From Dehalococcoidia bacterium (GTDB taxonomy: Bacteria; Chloroflexota; Dehalococcoidia; Lucifugimonadales; UBA2985): a stretch of DNA of 64,000 nucleotides. Where the stretch lies: NCBI GenBank assembly GCA_965204895.1, contig OZ242025.1, positions 833,621 through 897,620 on the forward strand. Direction: 5' to 3'. The position numbers and the translations under genes were made by a program. Positions 26,402-35,045 of the stretch are shown in pieces. Under the pieces are notes generated by a model that worked only from the letters and a program-made list of their open reading frames with translations, was not told the DNA's origin and did no database searches. Position 1 is the stretch's first letter, and every line of letters starts with the position of its first letter.

Positions 26402-27724
26402 ATGAACGACATTATGACGCTAATAGCCAAGGCGTCATGGCGCGAGGCGGTCACGTATCGGCACACATGGCCCCATGAATACGTGCTGATGAACAAGGAC
26501 CAACAGCATGATTTGGTTGCCGCGTTCAATGAACGTATAGAGCGGGGCGAGGGTGTTGAGTGCCAGTTCTTCCACCAGCAGAAGCGGTACCTGTTCCTTG
26601 GCAATCACAAGTACTGGACTGAGGGCGGGAACAACGACGACGAAATAGTCTTGAACCGCGCACTGCTTTACAGGGACCGCCGTGACTTCCTGATCAGGCA
26701 GGGAGACTCAGGTATGTATGAATCACAGGAGGGCACGGATCTGGAGCAGGATGAAAACATTATCCAATTGAACGTCCGCGAAATGTGGCCCAACGAGGCT
26801 TATGATTTCACCCGCTGGCTCGCCGAGGAGGAGAATCTAGCCCTGCTGAGCAGGGAGCTTGGCCTGAGCCTGGAGTTGGTGCAACGCGAATACGCCATTG
26901 GTAACCTCTCGCTGGACATTTTGGCGCGAGAGACCAGTAACGGTGCGATGGTAGCCATCGAAAACCAGTTGGAGTGGACTGATTTCGATCATCTTGGCCG
27001 GTTACTCACCTATGCAGCAGGCTCCGGTTCACAGATTGTAATATGGGTTGCGCCCGACTTCGTGTACGAGCACGCCCATGTACTTCACCAACTGAATGAA
27101 TGGAGTGGCCCCAACGCAAGGTTCTACGGAGTCAAAGTAGAATACATTCAGAAGAGAGGTGAAGACACCAAAGAGCCGAGATTCCGGAAGGTGGTCTATC
27201 CGGGCGGATGGAACAAGGAAATAACTCTGGACCCGGAACCGCCCCCGAATCCAGATATTCAGAAGTACAGGGACTTCTTTGCACCACTCGCGGCACAGTT
27301 GCTCAGGGCGGACTCGGGCTTTGCGCTAGCGCCACGCCGGCGCTTTGGCTACAGTGATCGTCTTTTCGCTTCCCCCGACATACCTGGCATAGGATACGCA
27401 GTGTCCTTCTGGAGGGGCCACGCCTGGGTTAACCTTCATATCGAGACGGGGGACCAAGACCTCACCAAGGGGTTGTACGACAAATTACTGACCGACCAAC
27501 AAACTATTGAGTTGAGCATCGACTTAATTGCCGGCTCGGAGTGGCAGTGGGATAGAAACACCAGTTACGCTTTTTCCAGCATTAGCATACACAAAAGTGG
27601 GTCCATAGAAGACTCGCCGGAGCAACTGGAAGAGACGAGGGCGTGGATGGTGGACCTACTCCCCAAGCTGAAGGAGGTTTTCGACCCGCGTCTGACCAAG
27701 CTTCTGTCCGAACAGGGCCTTTGA
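26402..27724 (+). CDS. PD-(D/E)XK nuclease-like / DUF4268-like protein with a novel N-terminal domain
   Basis: The central block LDILARETSNGAMVAIENQLEWTDFDHLGRLLTYAAG matches the D...E-x-Q-L...DH.HLGQLLTYA nuclease-fold motif seen in DUF4268-type proteins. It starts 18 nt after hicA. Confidence 0.5.
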   Translation: MNDIMTLIAKASWREAVTYRHTWPHEYVLMNKDQQHDLVAAFNERIERGEGVECQFFHQQKRYLFLGNHKYWTEGGNNDDEIVLNRALLYRDRRDFLIRQGDSGMYESQEGTDLEQDENIIQLNVREMWPNEAYDFTRWLAEEENLALLSRELGLSLELVQREYAIGNLSLDILARETSNGAMVAIENQLEWTDFDHLGRLLTYAAGSGSQIVIWVAPDFVYEHAHVLHQLNEWSGPNARFYGVKVEYIQKRGEDTKEPRFRKVVYPGGWNKEITLDPEPPPNPDIQKYRDFFAPLAAQLLRADSGFALAPRRRFGYSDRLFASPDIPGIGYAVSFWRGHAWVNLHIETGDQDLTKGLYDKLLTDQQTIELSIDLIAGSEWQWDRNTSYAFSSISIHKSGSIEDSPEQLEETRAWMVDLLPKLKEVFDPRLTKLLSEQGL

Positions 27725-27787
27725 CCTTCATCTGCAGAATGTCAGAGCAAGAGGTTTAGGCTGAGGGACAAGAAGCCTGACGCTTAG

Positions 27788-27859
27788 TCACCGCCACAGG
27801 CGCGCCAGGTGCTCCGCCTCCTCGTCGCTGAGGGGGTAGGGGCGCTTCAGCCAGCGGTA
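27788..27859. repeat. 72-bp direct repeat, copy A (duplicate of the 3' end of gene 28640..29191)
   Basis: 69 of 72 nt are identical to 28640-28711. The minus strand still reads YRWLKRPYPLSDEEAEHLARLWR-stop, and all 3 differences are synonymous third positions. Confidence 0.85.
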
Positions 27860-27867
27860 AAGGCCTG

Positions 27868-27876
27868 TGCTATAAT
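27868..27876 (+). promoter_or_regulatory. Extended -10 promoter element TGCTATAAT
   Basis: tgctataat lies 21 nt upstream of the ATG at 27897, with GAGG 7 nt before that ATG. Confidence 0.45.
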
Positions 27877-27896
27877 GCTGCCAAGTGAGGCGATAT

Positions 27897-28136
27897 ATGA
27901 TTCTGGAAAAAGAATTTGACTATTACCTGGCGCATAAGGCCGAGCTTCTGAAGAAATACGATGGCAAGTTCCTGGTAATCAAGAACCAGGAGGTCATAGG
28001 AGCGTATGACGCTGATATGGAGGCCCTCCTGGAAACCTCCAAGACCCATGAAATGGGCACGTTCCTGATACAGAAATGTGAACCCGGTGACGAGAGCCAC
28101 ACGCAGAGATTTCATTCGCGCGTTACGTTCGGATAG
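27897..28136 (+). CDS. Small conserved protein (paralogue of 9428..9676), first gene of the small-protein/protease cassette
   Basis: MILEKEFDYYLAHKAELLKKYDGKFLVIKNQEVIGAYDADMEALLETSKTHEMGTFLIQK aligns with the 9428 copy. The ORF track starts at GTG 27885. Confidence 0.6.
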   Translation: MILEKEFDYYLAHKAELLKKYDGKFLVIKNQEVIGAYDADMEALLETSKTHEMGTFLIQKCEPGDESHTQRFHSRVTFG

Positions 28137-28147
28137 AGTGTGGCTGA

Positions 28148-28630
28148 ATGCAACCCCTCGGTCTGGGACCTCACTCGTTTACAATCTCCTATGAAGGTAA
28201 GGCCGACGTTCTATCAAGTAGCGTATTCATCCAAGCAGCCTTTGATCCTGACTACCCGCCTACCGACCCTCCCGAAACCTTCAGGTCAATCTGGGATACA
28301 GGCGCCACGAATTCAGTCATTAACGAGAACGTCGTAACTCAATGTCAGCTTAGATCTACAGGCGTAACTGATGCATACACAGCCCAGGGCAGACATAGAA
28401 CGGAGACTTACCTGGTGGGCGTTACCTTACCGAACCGTGTAACGTTTCCCAGTTTGAGAGTATCAAAGGGCTTTCTTCACGATTTCGATGTGCTAATTGG
28501 CATGGATATTATTGGGCAAGGGGACTTTGCCGTTACCAACAAGGACGGTAATACTGTCTTCTCTTTTCGGATACCATCCCTTGAGACTATAGATTTCGTG
28601 ACGCAGACCACGAATACCTCCCCTATTTAG
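28148..28630 (+). CDS. Retropepsin-like (clan AA) aspartic protease
   Basis: Catalytic D-T-G-A in SIWDTGATNSVIN and the downstream LIGMDIIGQGDF motif. 160 aa, starting 11 nt after the small gene. Confidence 0.7.
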   Translation: MQPLGLGPHSFTISYEGKADVLSSSVFIQAAFDPDYPPTDPPETFRSIWDTGATNSVINENVVTQCQLRSTGVTDAYTAQGRHRTETYLVGVTLPNRVTFPSLRVSKGFLHDFDVLIGMDIIGQGDFAVTNKDGNTVFSFRIPSLETIDFVTQTTNTSPI

Positions 28631-28639
28631 GGTCTCCCC

Positions 28640-28711
28640 TCACCGCCACAGGCGCGCCAGGTGCTCCGCCTCCTCGTCGCTGAGGGGATATGGGCGCTTC
28701 AGCCACCGGTA
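28640..28711. repeat. 72-bp direct repeat, copy B (the genuine 3' end of gene 28640..29191)
   Basis: See copy A at 27788-27859. The repeats bracket an 852-bp offset containing the promoter, small gene and protease. Confidence 0.85.
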
Positions 28712-29191
28712 CACCTCGAACCACCGGCCGGCCACCTTGACCGCCAGTATGGGGTCAACCTCCTCGGCCAGCACCGCCGTCTCCTCTATCTCATACAGGG
28801 TGGACAGCGGCTCGCGCAGGGCCTCCGCCTCCACGCTCATCAGCACCTTGTTGGCATCGTATTTGACGAAGGTCCCGCTCTTCGGGACGCCCATAGTGAG
28901 GCGCGCCACTCCCGGTATGCTGACTCCTATCTCCTTGCGCCATGACACCCGGTAGACGTCCGACATGTGCATGAACCCAAAGAGGCCCTTCTTCAGGGGC
29001 GTCAGCTCCAGTGGTGTGGGCTGTAGGCCCAGGGCGGCCGCCCTGTTGAGGAATCGCTCGATTATCTCACGCTCTATCGCCTCTTGCGCAGCCCGCGGCG
29101 AGAAGATTGCGCCTTGACCAATCTGACTGTACGTAGCCATGTCCACCTCCAAAAGCCGTTCGCTTTGGTCTTGAAGTGCAGGAAGTGACAA
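28640..29191 (-). CDS. Hypothetical protein (183 aa)
   Basis: Intact ORF with local codon usage and no recognisable motif. Its last 23 codons are duplicated at 27788-27859. Confidence 0.5.
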   Translation of the reverse strand: MSLPALQDQSERLLEVDMATYSQIGQGAIFSPRAAQEAIEREIIERFLNRAAALGLQPTPLELTPLKKGLFGFMHMSDVYRVSWRKEIGVSIPGVARLTMGVPKSGTFVKYDANKVLMSVEAEALREPLSTLYEIEETAVLAEEVDPILAVKVAGRWFEVYRWLKRPYPLSDEEAEHLARLWR

Positions 29192-29300
29192 CCAGTCTAA
29201 CCCACGTCAAGGGATTAGCATAGTACCCTGGGCAAATTGTAAGAATTTTAATAATTTCACGGCCAACTCGTGTGGAAATCGCCTTCCTTGAATACGAGAT

Positions 29301-30245
29301 ATGCGCCCTGTATACTTAGCCGTGCTTAGCGTCATGGACAACCGAACCGTATCCATACGAGTGCCCGCCACCACGGCCAACCTTGGCCCCGGCTTCGACT
29401 GCCTGGGCATGGCGCTGGACTGGTGGAACGACATCTGCATGAGCATCTCACCCTCTCCGGCCATACAGGTCGAGGGAGAGGGCGCAGGCTCCCTGAGCGC
29501 GGCTGAGGACAACCTGATATACCGCGCCGCGTGCGCCGCCTTTGAAGCAGCTGGTGAGGAGCCTCCAGCTCTCTCGATATGGTGCCGGAACCGCATTCCC
29601 CTGGCCCGGGGCCTTGGGAGCAGCGCCGCCGCTATCGTGGGCGGTCTGGTGGCCGCCAACGCCCTCTGCCGTCGTCCTCTTGACCAGGAGTGCCTGCTCA
29701 ACCTTGCCGTGGAGATGGAGGGTCACGGAGACAACGTCTCCCCTGCCCTGCTGGGAGGCTGCCAGATCGTCGTGAGAGACGAGGGACGTATCATCACGGA
29801 CGCGGCGCCTCTGCCGCCGGACCTGATGGCGGTGGTCCTGGTGCCCGACATGCCGATGGCCACCAGCGAGGCGCGGGCCGTTCTGCCGGAGATGGTCAGC
29901 CGTGAAGAAGCGGTGTACAATCTGGGGAGGGCTGCTATGCTGGTGAACAGCCTGTCGACGGGACGGCTGGACAATATGAAGGTGGCCACCCAGGACGTGC
30001 TTCACCAGCCGGCGCGCCAGGCCATATTCCCGGCTATGAAGTACGTGCTGCGGGCCGCCTTGGACGCCGGGGCAGTCGGCGCGTTTCTGTCGGGGGGAGG
30101 CTCCAGCGTCTTGGCGCTGGCAACCTCCAGGCCCATGACCATTGGTTATGAGATGATCAACGCTGCGGACAAGGTGGGCGTCTCGGGGAGCCTCAAGGTG
30201 ACCAGGCCGTCCCCCATTGGCGCGCACGTGGTATCGACCGAGTGA
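29301..30245 (+). CDS. thrB: Homoserine kinase
   Basis: VPATTANLGPGFDCLG and PLARGLGSSAAAIV (GHMP kinase motif II). Confidence 0.92.
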   Translation: MRPVYLAVLSVMDNRTVSIRVPATTANLGPGFDCLGMALDWWNDICMSISPSPAIQVEGEGAGSLSAAEDNLIYRAACAAFEAAGEEPPALSIWCRNRIPLARGLGSSAAAIVGGLVAANALCRRPLDQECLLNLAVEMEGHGDNVSPALLGGCQIVVRDEGRIITDAAPLPPDLMAVVLVPDMPMATSEARAVLPEMVSREEAVYNLGRAAMLVNSLSTGRLDNMKVATQDVLHQPARQAIFPAMKYVLRAALDAGAVGAFLSGGGSSVLALATSRPMTIGYEMINAADKVGVSGSLKVTRPSPIGAHVVSTE

Positions 30246-30255
30246 TGGAGCGTAT

Positions 30256-30984
30256 ATGAGCGAACTGATTGTGCAGAAGTACGGCGGAAGCTCCGTAGCC
30301 AACGCCGAGAGAATCAAGAACGTGGCCGGTCGCATAGCCCGCGCCAAGGACAGGGGCGACCAGGTGGTGGTGGTCGTATCGGCGATGGGCGACACGACGG
30401 ACGACCTCATAAGCCTGGCCTACTCCGTCAACGAGAGGCCCGACGGCCGGGAGCTGGCGCTACTCCTGTCGACCGGGGAGATAGTGTCGTGCACCCTGGT
30501 CACGATGGCCCTGCGGTCGATGGGCTACGACGCCATCGGCCTCAGCGGAGGGCAGGCGGGCATCCAGACCACCGATACGGACTACACTCGTGCTAGAATA
30601 GTGGCTATCGACACGCAGCGCATTCGCAGAGAGCTTGAGGAGGGCAAGATCGTTGTCGTCGCCGGGTTCCAGGGCATCACGGAGGACATGGAGATAACCA
30701 CCCTCGGCCGCGGCGCTTCGGATACCACCGCCATTGCCCTGGCCGCCCAGCTGGAGGCCGGGATGTGCGAGATATACACGGACGTGGAGGGCATATACAC
30801 AGCCGACCCCAGAGTGGTGCCCAACGCCAGGAAGCTGGACGAGATAGGATATGAGGAGATGCTGGAGTTGGCCGGGCATGGCGCAAAGATGAATCCCCGC
30901 TCCATAGAGCTGGGAGCAATCTACAATGTGCCCATAATGGTGGCGTCCAGCTTTGTAGACGCGCCCGGAACTTTGATACACTGA
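30256..30984 (+). CDS. lysC: Aspartate kinase, catalytic (amino-acid kinase) portion
   Basis: MSELIVQKYGGSSVANAERIKNV...VVVVSAMGDTTD...TTLGRGASDTTA. It ends at TGA 30982-30984, right at the junction with the ACT region. Confidence 0.85.
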   Translation: MSELIVQKYGGSSVANAERIKNVAGRIARAKDRGDQVVVVVSAMGDTTDDLISLAYSVNERPDGRELALLLSTGEIVSCTLVTMALRSMGYDAIGLSGGQAGIQTTDTDYTRARIVAIDTQRIRRELEEGKIVVVAGFQGITEDMEITTLGRGASDTTAIALAAQLEAGMCEIYTDVEGIYTADPRVVPNARKLDEIGYEEMLELAGHGAKMNPRSIELGAIYNVPIMVASSFVDAPGTLIH

Positions 30985-30991
30985 GAGTGAT

Positions 30992-31477
30992 ATGGAAGTA
31001 AGAAACAGAGTAAGAGGAGTAGCCCACGACAAGAACGTCGCCAAGATTACCGTGCTGGGAGTGCCGGACAGGCCGGGTATAGCCGCCACGCTCTTCGATC
31101 CCCTGGCGCAGCAGGGAATCAGCGTGGACACCATCGTACAGAACTCCAGCGTGGAGCGCATCACGGACCTCACTTTCACAGTGACGCGGGCTGACCTGCC
31201 GGCTGCCATGGACATCGTCAGGCCCGTCGCCGAAGGCATTGGAGCCCGGGACTGCGCCAGCGATGATCGCCTTGCCAAGGTGAGTATCGTCGGGACGGGG
31301 ATGCAGAACCATCCCGGCTACGCGGCCCAGATGTTCCGCGCCCTGTACGAGGCCAACGTCAACATCGAGATGATCACCACTTCGGAGATACGCATCACCT
31401 GCATTGTGGCCGAGGACATGGTGGAGGACGCCGTGCGAGCCCTGCACGACTCCTTCAGGCTTGACGAGGCCGACTAG
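30992..31477 (+). CDS. lysC: Aspartate kinase regulatory (tandem ACT) portion, in the +1 frame relative to 30256..30984
   Basis: VRGVAHDKNVAKITVLGVPDRPGIAATLFDPLAQQGISVDTIVQN...SIVGTGMQNHPGYAAQMFRAL, typical of the AK beta/ACT part. Confidence 0.8.
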   Translation: MEVRNRVRGVAHDKNVAKITVLGVPDRPGIAATLFDPLAQQGISVDTIVQNSSVERITDLTFTVTRADLPAAMDIVRPVAEGIGARDCASDDRLAKVSIVGTGMQNHPGYAAQMFRALYEANVNIEMITTSEIRITCIVAEDMVEDAVRALHDSFRLDEAD

Positions 31478-31504
31478 ACGGCATGGGGAAGGCGGGTTCT
31501 CTTC

Positions 31505-32302
31505 TTGGCGCATCCGTTCCTTTCTATTGTAATCCCCGCCTATAACGAGGAGGTGCGGATTACCCAGACCCTGGAGACTGTGGTGGGCTACCTGCAGCGC
31601 CAGAGCTACTCCTGGGAGGTGGTTGTGGCCGACGACGGCAGCGAAGACGCGACCGCCAGCCTGGTGGAGGCCGCCGCCAACAGGAATCCCAGCATTCGGC
31701 TGGTAAGCCTCGACCACCGCGGCAAAGGATGGGCGGTGAAGGGCGGGATGCTGAGCGCGCAGGGCCGATACCGGTTCATCGCAGACGCCGACCTGTCCAT
31801 GCCCATTGAGCACCTTGAGAGGTTCCTCCCTCCCCACCTGGACGAATTCGACATAGCCATAGGCTCGCGGGAGGCGCCGGGGTCGCGCCGCTTCGACGAG
31901 CCCCTGCGCCGCCACCTGATGGGGCGCGTGTTCAACTGGATGGTGAGGCTCCTGGCGGTCAGGGGTTTCTCAGACACCCAGTGCGGCTTCAAGTGCTTCG
32001 ACGCCCAGGCTGCGGAAACCCTCTTCGCTCTGCAGCGCGCCCACGGCTTCGGCTTTGACGTCGAGGTGCTGTTCCTGGCCCAGAGGCTGGGTATGCGAAT
32101 TGTGGACATACCCATAGACTGGTACTACCACGAGGGGAGCAAGGTGAAACCGGTCAGGGACAGCTTCCTCATGCTGAGGGACATCTTCTCGGTGAGGTGG
32201 AGCCACGCAAGGGGCAGGTACGGCAAGCTCCGCTCGAAGGCCGGGGCCGCTCAGCCCGTGGCCAAGGAGGCGGACAAGGCCTCCAACAACCTCTCGGACT
32301 GA
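31505..32302 (+). CDS. Family 2 glycosyltransferase (dolichyl/polyprenyl-phosphate glycosyltransferase-like)
   Basis: LSIVIPAYNEE, VVADDGSEDAT, ADADLS and FSDTQCGFKCF motifs. Confidence 0.8.
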   Translation: MAHPFLSIVIPAYNEEVRITQTLETVVGYLQRQSYSWEVVVADDGSEDATASLVEAAANRNPSIRLVSLDHRGKGWAVKGGMLSAQGRYRFIADADLSMPIEHLERFLPPHLDEFDIAIGSREAPGSRRFDEPLRRHLMGRVFNWMVRLLAVRGFSDTQCGFKCFDAQAAETLFALQRAHGFGFDVEVLFLAQRLGMRIVDIPIDWYYHEGSKVKPVRDSFLMLRDIFSVRWSHARGRYGKLRSKAGAAQPVAKEADKASNNLSD

Positions 32303-32322
32303 GGCGGTCCTGACTGGTAATC

Positions 32323-33132
32323 ATGGTCATGGACGAACGGCTGCGCATCAACCGCGCCAGATGGAACCAGAGTACTCCCGTCCACGCAGCCTCCGCCTTC
32401 TACGACGTGGACGGCTTCAAGGCAGGCCGCATAACCCTCAACGATATCGAGCGCGAGGAGGTCGGCCCCGTGTCAGGCAAGAGCCTGCTCCACCTCCAGT
32501 GCCACTTTGGGATGGACACCATGTCCTGGGCGCGCTTGGGAGCGAATGCCACCGGCGTTGACTTCTCCGGCACCGCGATCGACCTAGCGCGGTCACTGAA
32601 CGACGATCTCGGCCTCTCGGCCCGGTTCATCTGCTCCAACGTCTACGACCTGCCCGACGTGCTAGATGAGCAGTTCGACATTGTCTTCACGTCCTATGGC
32701 GTCCTCTGCTGGCTGCCGGACCTCGACAGGTGGGCCGGCGTCATCGACAACCACCTCAAGCCCGGCGGCCTGTTCTACATCATCGACGGACATCCCTTCA
32801 TGGGCGTATTCGAGCAGGCAGAGCAGGGCCACTTGCTCCCGGTGAATCGATATTTTCGCGAGGAGCTGTTCTTCGGTGAAAATCAGCCGAGCTACGCGGA
32901 CTCCCAACTCATCGAAAGCCCATTCTATGAATGGCAGCACAGCCTGAGCGAGGTTGTCACGGCGCTGGTTGGCGCCGGTCTGAGGATCGAGTACCTTCGC
33001 GAGTTCCCCTTCTCCGGCTACCAGGCCTACCCGGTTATGAGGCGGGACGACGACGGGTGGTGGCGCTTCCCTGAGCACAACGACTCGTTCCCCCAACTGT
33101 TCTCAATCAGGGCCAGCAAGGACTCCCCTTAA
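32323..33132 (+). CDS. Class I SAM-dependent methyltransferase
   Basis: GKSLLHLQCHFGMDT (motif I-like), GVDFS, and the DIVFTSYGVLCWLPD pattern. Confidence 0.65.
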   Translation: MVMDERLRINRARWNQSTPVHAASAFYDVDGFKAGRITLNDIEREEVGPVSGKSLLHLQCHFGMDTMSWARLGANATGVDFSGTAIDLARSLNDDLGLSARFICSNVYDLPDVLDEQFDIVFTSYGVLCWLPDLDRWAGVIDNHLKPGGLFYIIDGHPFMGVFEQAEQGHLLPVNRYFREELFFGENQPSYADSQLIESPFYEWQHSLSEVVTALVGAGLRIEYLREFPFSGYQAYPVMRRDDDGWWRFPEHNDSFPQLFSIRASKDSP

Positions 33133-33329
33133 CCGCCAACAGCAGACTCAGCGCCCCCATGGCCGCGGCATTGCGTCTGTACAACCCCCGCTCGTCCTCT
33201 TCCTGCTCGGAATCCCTCTCTGTCCTGTGTCCAAGCCCCTTGTTTACTGCAAATTAACACAAAGGTATTGCGCGCCTATTGACAAGCAGTATACAATTCA
33301 TCTCCCCTGGAGTACGGGGAGTGTAGACG

Positions 33330-34190
33330 ATGAATCTGAATACCACTGAAGACAAGGCGCGTTTGAGAAGGGACAAGGCCAAGGAAGCCATAGCCTTGGC
33401 GCTTGAGAGCCGATGGGAAGAGGCGCTGGCCCTGAACCGCGAGATCATAGCGGAGTTCCCCCGGGACGTGGAGGCGTTGAACCGGCTTGGAAAGGCGCTA
33501 TCCGAGCTGGGACAGTACAAGCAGGCTGAGGACGCCTTCCGGCAGACCCTGGAGATTTCGCCGGCCAACATGATAGCCAGGAAGAACATCAAGCGGCTGG
33601 CCCACCTGAGCGACAGGGACGCCCAGCCCAAGCTAGGCTCAAAGGTACCCCCGCAGCTCTTCATAGAGGAGCGGGGCAGGACAGCGACAGTCTCCCTCAG
33701 AAACCTCCCGCCCGGCACGGCGCACCTGCCGATGGCCCCTGGCGACGCCGTAGAGCTCAAGGCGGACGGCGGGCGGATGGCCGTGGAGAACGTGCAGGGG
33801 GAGTACCTGGGCGAGATTGAGCCCAAGCTTGGGTTGCGCCTGGCGAAGCTCATGCAGGGCGGCAACAGGTACGCCGCCGCCGTCACCGCGGTGGACGAGC
33901 ACAGCCTTATGATAATGATAAAAGAGACCTTCCAGCACCCCAGCCAGTTCGGCACGGTGTCATTCCCGGCCAAGCAGCCGGGAGACGGCGTCTATTCCTA
34001 CCCGGGCGCTCCGCCGGTGCCGATGGAACTGGATCTGGAGGAGGATGAGGATACCGACCGGCCTCCCATCATCGACTGGGACGAGGAGGGAGAGGCAAAC
34101 ATAGCCGCCCTGCCCTCCGACGAGGACGAGGCTGTCTCCTACGTCAGCGCAAAGGACGATATTGAAGACGAGGAAGAGGAGAGGTACTAG
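33330..34190 (+). CDS. TPR-repeat protein with an acidic C-terminal tail
   Basis: TPR-like helices (WEEALALNREIIAEFPRDVEALNRLGKALSELGQYKQAEDAFRQTLEISP). The C-terminus is rich in D/E. Confidence 0.55.
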   Translation: MNLNTTEDKARLRRDKAKEAIALALESRWEEALALNREIIAEFPRDVEALNRLGKALSELGQYKQAEDAFRQTLEISPANMIARKNIKRLAHLSDRDAQPKLGSKVPPQLFIEERGRTATVSLRNLPPGTAHLPMAPGDAVELKADGGRMAVENVQGEYLGEIEPKLGLRLAKLMQGGNRYAAAVTAVDEHSLMIMIKETFQHPSQFGTVSFPAKQPGDGVYSYPGAPPVPMELDLEEDEDTDRPPIIDWDEEGEANIAALPSDEDEAVSYVSAKDDIEDEEEERY

Positions 34191-34235
34191 CCCGGCTGAA
34201 GGCCATCGCCCGATTTCATTACCGGTATCGTAGAC

Positions 34236-34742
34236 ATGGGAACTTATCAGACCGGCGAGCAGAGAACTGAAGGTATAAGGGTGTACTCATCCATGGAGGA
34301 GCTGGCGGCAGCCTCCGACCTGGTGGTCGTGGGCACCGTGCAGGGCGTTGTGGCCCGCGAGGTGGACTACGGCACCTCAAACGCCGGTGAGCGTAGTGAC
34401 GCAGGCGTCCCCATCGTGTTCTACGGCGTTGCAGTGACGGAGACGCTGCGCGGCGAGACAAGGAGCATAGTAATCGTGGGCGCGCCGGACGCGGACGACA
34501 CCACCATTGAGGGGGCCACGGCCCTCCTGAGCGGCCAGCAGCTTCTGCTCTTCCTCAAGCAGCACACCAGGGAGGTTGCGCCTGGCATCAAGTCCTACGA
34601 AGTCTTCTTCGCGCCCGTTGGCCTGAACAACGGCGTCTTCGACGTTCTGGAGGACGGGCTGGTGGCACACCCGCGAATGCCCAAGGCCTTTGAGGAGGAG
34701 AGTTACCGGCTGACCGAGGTCAGGGCGAAGATCCGGCGCTAG
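34236..34742 (+). CDS. Hypothetical protein (168 aa)
   Basis: ORF with local codon usage and no recognisable motif. Confidence 0.4.
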   Translation: MGTYQTGEQRTEGIRVYSSMEELAAASDLVVVGTVQGVVAREVDYGTSNAGERSDAGVPIVFYGVAVTETLRGETRSIVIVGAPDADDTTIEGATALLSGQQLLLFLKQHTREVAPGIKSYEVFFAPVGLNNGVFDVLEDGLVAHPRMPKAFEEESYRLTEVRAKIRR

Positions 34743-34809
34743 ACCTGCCTCTGCAGAAGACTTTTGCACAACTCCGGTGTATCTCCCGGAAGAGGTTAAA
34801 TTCTCTGTC

Positions 34810-34829
34810 ATTCCCGTGAAAACTGGAAT
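34810..34829. repeat. REP-like hairpin, class A' (attcccgtgaaaactggaat)
   Basis: Imperfect inverted repeat within gtcattcccgtgaaaactggaatc. Related to 16516-16533. Confidence 0.45.
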
Positions 34830-34878
34830 CTAAAGCGCTTCTTTCAAGGCATCGCTGACTTGCGAATAGGGTCACTGG

Positions 34879-34898
34879 ATTCCTGCTTCCGCAGGAAT
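34879..34898. repeat. REP-like hairpin, class A (attcctgc-ttcc-gcaggaat)
   Basis: Perfect 8-bp inverted repeat within ctggattcctgcttccgcaggaatgacgg. Confidence 0.7.
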
Positions 34899-35045
34899 GA
34901 CGGTTAGGGTGCCCTTCTAAAGATGGCGCAAGCAGATTTCCAAAGGTTTAAGCACAGGAAAGACAGCCTACAGAACCACTCTGCTCCTCTTGATGGACTC
35001 CTCTACCCTGTGTGATATGCTATCCCTCAGCCCTTAGCGGAGGCC

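Noticed and set aside
30977-30994. Programmed +1 frameshift (prfB-like CAC-UGA-G) joining the two aspartokinase ORFs.
   Set aside because: There is no Shine-Dalgarno-like stimulator upstream and no slippery codon comparable to CUU-UGA-C. An indel or a genuine split gene is more parsimonious. It is kept as a finding only as a frameshift or split.
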